From IMG/VR virus record IMGVR_UViG_3300024518_002726: a stretch of 64,000 nucleotides of DNA, one strand, 5' to 3'. The translations under genes were made by a program, and so were the position numbers. Numbering within the stretch: position 1 is the stretch's first letter; the number at the start of each line of letters is the position of its first letter. This document shows positions 7,325 to 14,516 of this stretch, piece by piece. The notes beneath the pieces are model-generated. The model saw only the letters and a program-made list of their open reading frames with translations. It was not told the origin of the DNA and made no database searches. This DNA comes from an uncultured virus (IMG/VR IMGVR_UViG_3300024518_002726). Lineage: Duplodnaviria > Heunggongvirae > Uroviricota > Caudoviricetes > Crassvirales.

Positions 7325-7630
7325 ATGGAAACCTTCTTCGTGATAGCTGCAATCATTGGACTGGGAGTATTTGCTGCTGTTTCATTTGCAATTGCAAATA
7401 GTACCCCATATGCTGGATATCACAAGTTCTATGATTCACATACAGAGACTGAATATGGTTCTTTTGAGGTATTTCATATTGATCAGAGCATGGTTGATGA
7501 TGTGATTTCAACTTGGGATAAAGTAGGATGGTTCTGGTGGGCTTGTCATCCCGGAGGTCTTCCTGACAGTACTTCAAATGGTCCTTTCAATTCAGCTACT
7601 GAAGCTTATGATAACGCAAGAGATGAGTAA
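7325..7630 (+). CDS. Membrane-anchored hypothetical protein (ATG 7325 preferred over 7292)
   Basis: N-terminal TM helix, then GWFWWACHPGGLPD..GPF motif. Confidence 0.7.
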   Translation: METFFVIAAIIGLGVFAAVSFAIANSTPYAGYHKFYDSHTETEYGSFEVFHIDQSMVDDVISTWDKVGWFWWACHPGGLPDSTSNGPFNSATEAYDNARDE

Positions 7631-7811
7631 ACAATGGACCCCGGACAACAAGCAACAAAAGCATTTGGAGCTTGTTATGTCAATGACAACTGATTGTCTA
7701 ATGGATCGTGGGACGGATAGGGTATCAACTTATACGGCAAATCTGCGAAGAATAGCAGACTTACTTGATGAACAAAGTGTGAAGTCTAAAACCGGAGTAA
7801 AAGATGAGTGA
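7623..7811 (+). CDS. Hypothetical protein (ATG 7623 preferred)
   Basis: Short overlaps with both neighbours. Confidence 0.6.
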   Translation: MSKQWTPDNKQQKHLELVMSMTTDCLMDRGTDRVSTYTANLRRIADLLDEQSVKSKTGVKDE

Positions 7812-8307
7812 GAAAACTATCGGTCGTATGATCTGGTTAGCTCTTATGGTAGCAGGTATATGGATAGTTCTTGTTAGTCTTGCTTGTGATTCAACAGAGT
7901 TTGAGTCTACTCCAATCACTTCTATCGAACCTGAAGATGCACTTGGGAAGATTGGTAATGGACATCCGTACCTGAGTTTCCTGTATGTTAAGGACAATGG
8001 GGAAATTCACTTCTCGGTATGTGATCCTCCGACAGTTGATCCAATATCAATGAGTAAGACTGAATCGACCAATCCACCAGTACGTATTTGGTGGAAGTCA
8101 AATGCAATTGTTACATGGGCTTCACGTCCAACATGTTTCTATCAATGGGGATGGTGCAAGCAAACTGTAGCTCCACCTGCTGGTGGATGCCAACGTGTGA
8201 TTCTGATTGGTTCAACAAATGACGAACAATATTTACCCACACGTCTATATCTTCTATCAGGTGGGCGTGTTAACTATACACTCCTGCAACCTAAACAAAC
8301 GTACTAA
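7804..8307 (+). CDS. Membrane-anchored or lipoprotein-like protein
   Basis: Hydrophobic N-terminus ending VSLAC; further Cys residues in the mature part. Confidence 0.65.
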   Translation: MSEKTIGRMIWLALMVAGIWIVLVSLACDSTEFESTPITSIEPEDALGKIGNGHPYLSFLYVKDNGEIHFSVCDPPTVDPISMSKTESTNPPVRIWWKSNAIVTWASRPTCFYQWGWCKQTVAPPAGGCQRVILIGSTNDEQYLPTRLYLLSGGRVNYTLLQPKQTY

Positions 8308-8546
8308 TGAAACAATTCATCGCCATCTGTTTTATCGCACTACTCTCAGTAGGGATTACACCTACTGAAACTCAAGATCCCGGTGTACCAGCATCAGTTA
8401 TCTCTCTAGCTCTTCCCGGATGTGGTGAAGATGATGACTGTCCTGCTTGGAGTACAGACTGTTGTGTGGGTGTGGCCTGTAATAATCCATTAATTGGACT
8501 TAATGATGAGTCTAAAATCATATTTATCTTCGAAGAAGAAGAGTAA
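8307..8546 (+). CDS. Small secreted Cys-rich protein
   Basis: Signal-peptide-like MKQFIAICFIALLSVG, then C-x5-C-x6-CC-x4-C. Confidence 0.65.
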   Translation: MKQFIAICFIALLSVGITPTETQDPGVPASVISLALPGCGEDDDCPAWSTDCCVGVACNNPLIGLNDESKIIFIFEEEE

Positions 8547-8730
8547 ACTGTCTACAGATAGACAAAATGATCTATTAGAATGGATGCGAGAGGTATTGTA
8601 TTGGTATGGAATAAGTAGTATTCCTGCATTTATAGATCAGGGGAAAAGATATCGAAAGAGGTTTTCCAAGGAAGAAAGGAAGTTTATGAGGAAAGAATAC
8701 AACAGGATACGTGACTCACAACCAGATTAG
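8494..8730 (+). CDS. Hypothetical protein (start uncertain)
   Basis: Fills the gap between flanking genes. Confidence 0.5.
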   Translation: MDLMMSLKSYLSSKKKSKLSTDRQNDLLEWMREVLYWYGISSIPAFIDQGKRYRKRFSKEERKFMRKEYNRIRDSQPD

Positions 8731-8733
8731 ACG

Positions 8734-8955
8734 ATGAGTAACGAAAAAAAGATTACTCCCGGTTTACATGTTATACGAATCAATGCGAATCAATACACGA
8801 TATTTGAGGGACGGAATGGAGTGGAGAAAATGGAAACCTGCTTGATTGCTGGTTCTGCTGGATATATGGATGCTGTGCGAGTTGATTATACCGATAGATC
8901 AACAGGATATATTCCGTTTGCGAATGTAGAAGAAGTGAGACTACTTCATGAATAG
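8734..8955 (+). CDS. Hypothetical protein
   Basis: ORF in the chain. Confidence 0.6.
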   Translation: MSNEKKITPGLHVIRINANQYTIFEGRNGVEKMETCLIAGSAGYMDAVRVDYTDRSTGYIPFANVEEVRLLHE

Positions 8956-8979
8956 ATTAACCCTCAACTAGACCCGACG

Positions 8980-9327
8980 ATGCCAAGATATAATGAACCA
9001 CCAACAGCAGAGGAACAACAACAATGGTCTCCGGGTGATGACGAACCAGACCCGAAGATGAGTGAGATACCGGATCAAATTGACATGGCAAGCCCTGACG
9101 AACTTCACGATTGGTTACGTGAAGCCGTTGCTGAAATCAGCGCAAAAGACGCCGAGATCGAGCGCCTGCGGGGCGATCTACAGCGGGTCTTTGAACTATG
9201 CGGATTCAACTACAAGTCCGAGCGCGACATTCAGATCGTTATAGACCGGATCACGTCTTGGAACGCTGAACGAATTGAATTGGGCGGCGAAGCAATCACG
9301 CCCATAACCGGACCCGGCTATGAGTGA
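8980..9327 (+). CDS. Hypothetical coiled-coil protein
   Basis: Contains the AEIERLR motif; locally GC- and CpG-richer DNA. Confidence 0.65.
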   Translation: MPRYNEPPTAEEQQQWSPGDDEPDPKMSEIPDQIDMASPDELHDWLREAVAEISAKDAEIERLRGDLQRVFELCGFNYKSERDIQIVIDRITSWNAERIELGGEAITPITGPGYE

Positions 9328-9760
9328 CTTACCATGTCCAAAATGCGGCGTGAATACAAAATTTCACAGGCCCGATTATCCAATACGTGTAGCCCATGAT
9401 CCGCTTGACTGCGCCGAGATCGCCCGCCTACGGGCCAATCTGGAGGAAGCAGAAGCAGAAGCAGAAGCGACTTTATGGAAAGGTGCAGTAGAAAGCAGGA
9501 ACGACATGATAGAAGTTAGGAATGCTAAGATCGAACGCCTGCGGACTGAAGTTGACCGTGCAAGAAAGGCAGAACGTGATTGGACGATAGTCGCAACTGA
9601 TTGTTGCGAAGACCGAGAACGACTACAAACCGAGAATGAACAAATGAAAGCCGACATACGTGAGGCACAGGAAATGATTGGGCTGGATAACGGTGTCGAT
9701 GTAATGTTCGGTCCAAAAGAACTTGTCGAATATCTTCTAACCAAACTCAAAGATGTGTAG
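9320..9760 (+). CDS. Hypothetical Zn-ribbon plus coiled-coil protein
   Basis: CPKC at the N-terminus; AEIARLR and AKIERLR repeats. Confidence 0.65.
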   Translation: MSDLPCPKCGVNTKFHRPDYPIRVAHDPLDCAEIARLRANLEEAEAEAEATLWKGAVESRNDMIEVRNAKIERLRTEVDRARKAERDWTIVATDCCEDRERLQTENEQMKADIREAQEMIGLDNGVDVMFGPKELVEYLLTKLKDV

Positions 9761-9959
9761 TGATGGAATAAAAGAAGGTGATGTGGTAGCAGTGAATTTT
9801 CATGGTAGTCAACATACGCTTTGTAAGGAGGCAGAGGTTTTACATATTCCCTGTGCCACTGGTGACTCATGGATCTTTAAAGACATAGGTAGTGATAGAA
9901 TTAATCATGTAAGTGAAGGTTGTACAGTTACATTCTTATATCGAATTAAAGATGAGTGA
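9753..9959 (+). CDS. Hypothetical protein
   Basis: ORF in the chain. Confidence 0.6.
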   Translation: MCSDGIKEGDVVAVNFHGSQHTLCKEAEVLHIPCATGDSWIFKDIGSDRINHVSEGCTVTFLYRIKDE

Positions 9960-10317
9960 AGAAAAAGACACAACAGTTTATGTAAAGCTTCCGAAATGGG
10001 AAAAGGAGAGACTAGAAAAGTTAATTAAAACAAATCAGAAAAACTTCAGAGAGATTTTAAAGATCTATGATGATACCTTTCCTAATTATGCAACTACTGG
10101 AGAAGTCCATATAGTATCTGTTTTTCAAAGAGAATTAAAAAGACTTAGAAAATTATTACAACTTCAAGGTGTTTGTTGGAGGTGTGGTACTGAGGAGAAT
10201 GTAAATCATGTACATCATTATGAGAAGGATAGTCCACATACGAAGGGATATGAAAATGAAGTTGTAGTTTCTACTTGTAGTAAATGTGGACTTTATTGGA
10301 CAGATGCAGATTCATAG
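9952..10317 (+). CDS. Hypothetical protein with C-terminal Zn ribbon (ATG 9952 preferred)
   Basis: CWRC...CSKC pairs. Confidence 0.65.
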   Translation: MSEEKDTTVYVKLPKWEKERLEKLIKTNQKNFREILKIYDDTFPNYATTGEVHIVSVFQRELKRLRKLLQLQGVCWRCGTEENVNHVHHYEKDSPHTKGYENEVVVSTCSKCGLYWTDADS

Positions 10318-10320
10318 GTA

Positions 10321-10394
10321 GGACCCGTAGCTCAGTTGGTTAGAGCACTTGACTCATAATCAAACGGTCACAGGTTCAAATCCTGTCGGGTCCA
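10321..10394 (+). tRNA. tRNA with CAU anticodon (probably Ile2, otherwise Met); CCA not encoded
   Basis: Acceptor GGACCCG/CGGGTCC-A, D-arm GCTC/GAGC, anticodon arm TTGA-CTCATAA-TCAA, T-arm ACAGG-TTCAAAT-CCTGT. Confidence 0.93.
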
Positions 10395-10410
10395 CTAAAC
10401 ATAGTAGAAA

Positions 10411-10626
10411 ATGAATATACAAACAGAAGGTGAGAACGTAACAGTAAGAAATGATGGAGATAAGGTAGTTATCACTATTGGTCACAAACAGTTTAGTGAA
10501 GATTACTGGACTGAGAACATAACTATTAACGCTGTATTTGTTGGTACCAGAAAAGGTAAGTTCACATCAATTCCAGATGTGCCTCAGTATGTAAACTACT
10601 CATGTGGAGAGGACACTAAAGGATAA
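10411..10626 (+). CDS. Hypothetical protein
   Basis: ORF with an A-rich start context. Confidence 0.6.
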   Translation: MNIQTEGENVTVRNDGDKVVITIGHKQFSEDYWTENITINAVFVGTRKGKFTSIPDVPQYVNYSCGEDTKG

Positions 10627-10805
10627 GGACACACTCATACGCGGGGCACAGATATAGTCCTGTCGAAAGAGCGAATTAACGCAGTCTGTGGAGCACAGGA
10701 GAACAACGCTTATCCGTTGACTGAAACCTCTAAGGATCTCCGATGGCTATGAAGCAGGCGGGATTTGTGGCGTGGCGGTGAGTAGAGACACCGCATTGTG
10801 TCCTT
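10625..10805 (+). ncRNA. Candidate ~180-nt structured RNA with pseudoknot potential
   Basis: Closing stem AAGGACACA/TGTGTCCTT; inner CACAGAT/GTCTGTG, CAACG/CGTTG and GCGGTG/CACCGC; crossing pair TCCTGT/ACAGGA. Confidence 0.5.
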
Positions 10806-10819
10806 CAACAAAAAGATAT

Positions 10820-10903
10820 TCTGGGTTGGAGCTAATCTGTTCTTTCTATGAGGTGAGGAGACAGATCAACACCACGAAAACTTCGGTTAGCAAGTGGCCC
10901 AGA
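10820..10903 (+). ncRNA. Candidate three-way-junction RNA or 5' UTR element
   Basis: TCTGGGTT/GGCCCAGA closes ATCTGT/ACAGAT and CCAC-GAA-AAC-TTCG-GTT-AGCAA-GTGG (cUUCGg loop). Confidence 0.45.
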
Positions 10904-10917
10904 TTTAACTCAATACT

Positions 10918-11175
10918 ATGAAAACAATACTACATACACGTTTACAAGGAAATGATTATCCTAAATTACAAGTAAATAGAAAAGGAGAGATAGTATTAGC
11001 CTTTTCTAAAAAAAGTACATTGACAAGGGGAGTTCTTGTTGGATTTACTGAAGATATTAAGCCTGAAGATAAACAGTTTGAAATTGGAAAGATATTTGAT
11101 GATTGGGAAGTGGTAGGAGAGTTATTCGATTATGAGGAAGAAGTCCATATGTATTTAACAATACAAAATAATTAA
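10918..11175 (+). CDS. Hypothetical protein
   Basis: Coupled to the next gene by TAATG. Confidence 0.65.
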   Translation: MKTILHTRLQGNDYPKLQVNRKGEIVLAFSKKSTLTRGVLVGFTEDIKPEDKQFEIGKIFDDWEVVGELFDYEEEVHMYLTIQNN

Positions 11176-11384
11176 TGACTATTTGGTTAAAGCTTAATAA
11201 CCCACGAGAAGAGCTTCCCTTACTTGTACAAGTAAATGAGATGTCTCCTCTAGAAGCTCATATAAGACTCATAAGAGCAAATATTATTAGTGCAGGTGAT
11301 AAGGTTATTGGAGAGATGATAGATGAGGGTGAAGCTCAAAGACTTATTCAACTTAATCTGTGTAGATTTAAACGACTTAGATGA
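11175..11384 (+). CDS. Hypothetical protein
   Basis: Coupled by TAATG. Confidence 0.6.
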   Translation: MTIWLKLNNPREELPLLVQVNEMSPLEAHIRLIRANIISAGDKVIGEMIDEGEAQRLIQLNLCRFKRLR

Positions 11385-11393
11385 GGAATAAAG

Positions 11394-11879
11394 ATGATTC
11401 ATATTGTAAAAGGTGACATGTTTGCTGGAGGTCACGATGTACTTGTTAATGCTGTTAATTGTGATGGTGTAATGGGTGCTGGACTAGCTAAGATGTTTGC
11501 TGTACGATATCCACGAATGTATGATGCTTACAGACAAATCTGTAAAGCAGGGAAGCTACAGATTGGTAGTGTACATTCATTTCAAGATCGAGATACGGGT
11601 ATTCACATCATCAATTTCCCAACCGTAGGATCACTTCGAGAACTCTATCAGGAGAGAAAACAAGTATATGACAATGTACGAAGAACACTTCCTGCTTTTG
11701 TTGCAAGGTTGGAAGACATGCAACTAAGATCAGATGCTATCCATAGTGTTGGGATTCCAGCATTAGGTGCAGGCATTATGAGGGGGAAGTGGTCAATTTT
11801 GTTATGTGAGATTACAGAAGCTTGTCTTAGTTCAAAGTTAGCTGATCTTGATATTTATATTTACTGGCCTAGAGGTTAA
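11394..11879 (+). CDS. Macro domain (ADP-ribose processing, DarG/Poa1p-like) protein
   Basis: KGDMF...VNAVNCDGVMGAGLAKMF...IINFPT...SVGIPALGAG. Confidence 0.9.
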   Translation: MIHIVKGDMFAGGHDVLVNAVNCDGVMGAGLAKMFAVRYPRMYDAYRQICKAGKLQIGSVHSFQDRDTGIHIINFPTVGSLRELYQERKQVYDNVRRTLPAFVARLEDMQLRSDAIHSVGIPALGAGIMRGKWSILLCEITEACLSSKLADLDIYIYWPRG

Positions 11880-11881
11880 TT

Positions 11882-12163
11882 ATGCATCCAGTTTTAGAAA
11901 TTTTAGCTAGAGATGACGTAGATGAATATGTTTTCTATTCACTAACTAAAGAAGAAGAGCCACCTGAAGTCTCTGCTTTCTGCACAACACTCGATGATGA
12001 CATGACTCAAGAAGAGTTTGTAGACTTTTGTGGAAGTCAGGGTCACACTGTCAAAGAAATCACATCAGAAGAAGCAAGAAATCTAGTTAATGAACATCCT
12101 TCTCCTGTTTTCGGTGGTCATTTTTATGATGGACCAGAAGGAAGGGAGTTTCATCAAACTTAA
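11882..12163 (+). CDS. Hypothetical acidic protein
   Basis: ORF in the chain. Confidence 0.65.
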   Translation: MHPVLEILARDDVDEYVFYSLTKEEEPPEVSAFCTTLDDDMTQEEFVDFCGSQGHTVKEITSEEARNLVNEHPSPVFGGHFYDGPEGREFHQT

Positions 12164-12169
12164 AGAGCC

Positions 12170-12372
12170 GGGGAGAGAGTATCCAAACAGTACAAAAAGT
12201 GCTAGCCCTACTCTCTACAGTCGTTGTACTGTCTAGTAGTGTCCACCCAATTGCCTCTGGGTGGGCTAAAACAACTATGATAGATTAAATGAAGGTGGAT
12301 TCTATCGTAGGAAACTGTGTGGGTCTGTATATTTAACAGAACACCGGTGCTAGGGACTGTGGTTTACTCCCC
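12170..12372 (+). ncRNA. Candidate ~200-nt pseudoknotted RNA
   Basis: Closing stem GGGGAG/CTCCCC; crossing helices AGAGAGTA/TACTCTCT and ACAGTACAA/TTGTACTGT; hairpins GTCCACCCA/TGGGTGGGC and CTATGATAGA/TCTATCGTAG. Confidence 0.55.
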
Positions 12373-12390
12373 CTTTAAATAAAGAATGAT

Positions 12391-12726
12391 ATGAAGCATG
12401 ATATTTCAGATGAGCAATTGAGAAAGGAAACAGCACGTCTTAAACAAGATCAACCTGAACTCAGAAAGTTTATTCTAACTCGTTGGTGGGAAATAGCAAC
12501 TGCTAGAGAAGTTGTTGATTTTTATATGAGTGATTCTAGATTGTTATGCCCCTTGAAGGTTCTATTTAAGTCCTTTGATGAAGTTTTAGGAAGACCTGTT
12601 TTTACTCATGAACTGAGTGATAGAAAGAGTCTTAAGAAAGAAATGGAAGGAGAAATTGAACCTCTAACTATTCAGGATATCTTAGATAAGATGCCACAGG
12701 AGAAGATAATAATAATTTCAGAATAA
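12391..12726 (+). CDS. Hypothetical protein
   Basis: ORF with LGRPVFTHEL motif. Confidence 0.7.
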   Translation: MKHDISDEQLRKETARLKQDQPELRKFILTRWWEIATAREVVDFYMSDSRLLCPLKVLFKSFDEVLGRPVFTHELSDRKSLKKEMEGEIEPLTIQDILDKMPQEKIIIISE

Positions 12727-12727
12727 T

Positions 12728-13039
12728 ATGTCAAACGAATTAGCAAAAGGAAAGATTGATGATCTCATCAAGTGGCTTCATCTTCTGAGAGATGGTGAGA
12801 TGGGTGATGCAATTACAAGGGCTAGTATACAAAGTAATGTACAGACTGATACTCTAGAAGAGACTGTATTACAGCTAGACATAAGAGTAAGGATTACTCA
12901 AGATATGCTTGAGTATTTCAAGTCTTTAAAGGGATTTTCTATAAAGTATGATCCTTATAGATCTAAAAATGAATGGAATGATACTTTCTCGTTTCGATTT
13001 GATAGTATGACTTTAGATAAACCTTTTCATTTATATTAA
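12728..13039 (+). CDS. Hypothetical protein
   Basis: ORF in the chain. Confidence 0.65.
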   Translation: MSNELAKGKIDDLIKWLHLLRDGEMGDAITRASIQSNVQTDTLEETVLQLDIRVRITQDMLEYFKSLKGFSIKYDPYRSKNEWNDTFSFRFDSMTLDKPFHLY

Positions 13040-13044
13040 TCAAG

Positions 13045-13464
13045 ATGAAAATTGTAAAAGAAAAGAAAGTACACTTCTTAACAACAATAGGTGCTCAGAA
13101 GGGTGTTGCTGTTGTTTGTGGGAGTATATATGGAAGGAAGCCTACAGAAAAAGAAGCTACAGATAAACTTGAATTTGTATCCTGTGAACGTTGTGCAGCA
13201 ACTGAGGAGTATAAGAAATTAGCTAAAAATCATCAGTTTGGTACATTTAAGAAGCCAGAGTCTAAAGTTGAAGAAGTACCAGATGAAGAGATGAAAACCT
13301 CTGAGGTTAATGGAGAAATAGGAATAATTCATGATCTACGTAGTGTCAATGCCGATCTAATAGATGATATGAAGAGTATAGCAGGTGGACTTCATGAAGG
13401 ATTGATGTTACTTAAAGACGGAATAGAAGTTCTTGAGAAGATGATTGAGAAGATAGGAGAGTAA
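13045..13464 (+). CDS. Hypothetical protein (possible Zn site plus coiled coil)
   Basis: H...C...CERC residues. Confidence 0.65.
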   Translation: MKIVKEKKVHFLTTIGAQKGVAVVCGSIYGRKPTEKEATDKLEFVSCERCAATEEYKKLAKNHQFGTFKKPESKVEEVPDEEMKTSEVNGEIGIIHDLRSVNADLIDDMKSIAGGLHEGLMLLKDGIEVLEKMIEKIGE

Positions 13465-13467
13465 AAA

Positions 13468-13686
13468 ATGGACAATATAAAAGAATGTCCTTGTGGAAGG
13501 GAAGTTGATCTAAAAGATTGTGATCGTTTAGGAACTGTAGAATGTGAGTGTGGTCAACTCTATAATACCGCAGGACAGGAACTAAAGCCTGTTGATGATT
13601 GGTTTGACGAAGATGGTCTAACCCCAGATACAGGAGAATCAAGGGCTGATCTTTTCGGTCCACAACAAGATAACAATTGGTGGTAA
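13468..13686 (+). CDS. Small Zn-ribbon protein
   Basis: CPCG...CECGQLYN. Confidence 0.7.
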   Translation: MDNIKECPCGREVDLKDCDRLGTVECECGQLYNTAGQELKPVDDWFDEDGLTPDTGESRADLFGPQQDNNWW

Positions 13687-13687
13687 T

Positions 13688-14305
13688 ATGGCAAAATTGG
13701 CTAAAGCTATTCTCAGAGATGAGAAAGTTATAATCAAGACACCATACTTCCATCGAGAATTTGTCATAGCAATTCAGAGTATCCCACGCGGTTATAAGAC
13801 GTGGAATCCCAAACATGAATACTGGACAGTTTTTCGTCCCTATAGAAAGAAAGCTCTCTCTGCTTTAGAAGATGCCTTTGAGTTCTATACTATAGTTGAT
13901 AAAAGAGGAGAGCCTGATAAAGAGTTTGAGGAGAGCTTTAATAGAGATCAGAAGGCAAGGGCTAAGAGAAAGAGTGATGAACGAAGAGAAAGATATCAGA
14001 ACTCCCGTGATAGTCGTAGGGGATATCGTCGTAGGAGATATCGTGAGGATTATGAAAGAGGAAGTTGGTACGAAAGACAGGAAGAGCAATTCTATGGTAA
14101 ATCTACGGTAGAAAGAAGATCTGGTATTAGTTTTAGCCGAGCATGTAAGGTACTTGGAGTAGACAAAGATACAACTTACCAACTAATGAAGAAGGCTTAT
14201 TGGGCACTGGCTAAGAAACTTCACTCAGATAAACAGGGTGGAGAAGACGAAAAGATGAAAGAATTGAATAATGCTTGGGATGTGATAAAAGCCTATAAGA
14301 TATAG
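13688..14305 (+). CDS. Protein with a C-terminal DnaJ (J)-like domain, HPD replaced by HSD
   Basis: ACKVLGV...MKKAYWALAKKLHSDKQGG...MKELNNAWDVI. The N-terminal WNPKHEYW is HARP-like. Confidence 0.8.
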   Translation: MAKLAKAILRDEKVIIKTPYFHREFVIAIQSIPRGYKTWNPKHEYWTVFRPYRKKALSALEDAFEFYTIVDKRGEPDKEFEESFNRDQKARAKRKSDERRERYQNSRDSRRGYRRRRYREDYERGSWYERQEEQFYGKSTVERRSGISFSRACKVLGVDKDTTYQLMKKAYWALAKKLHSDKQGGEDEKMKELNNAWDVIKAYKI

Positions 14306-14344
14306 TAGGTGTCCGATGAAACTGGAATCTATAAGAAAATAGTA

Positions 14345-14373
14345 TTGTTTTATTCCAAAAAGTTTTATATATT
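14345..14373 (+). promoter_or_regulatory. Promoter upstream of the DNA polymerase operon
   Basis: TTGTTT-N17-TATATT. Confidence 0.55.
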
Positions 14374-14395
14374 TAATCTCCTAGACACAAAAATA

Positions 14396-14432
14396 AGGGG
14401 TCTAGCGGAACCCTTAAAACCGCTAGACCCCT
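14396..14432. repeat. Perfect 13-bp inverted repeat (leader hairpin or minus-strand terminator)
   Basis: AGGGGTCTAGCGG-N11-CCGCTAGACCCCT, with an A-tract on the 5' side. Confidence 0.7.
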
Positions 14433-14516
14433 ACGAAAAGCACCACACAGGATGGTCTGGAAGAATATAAGGGACTAAAGGAGATAACACAAGAACTAAA
14501 AAAAGTAACGATAACT

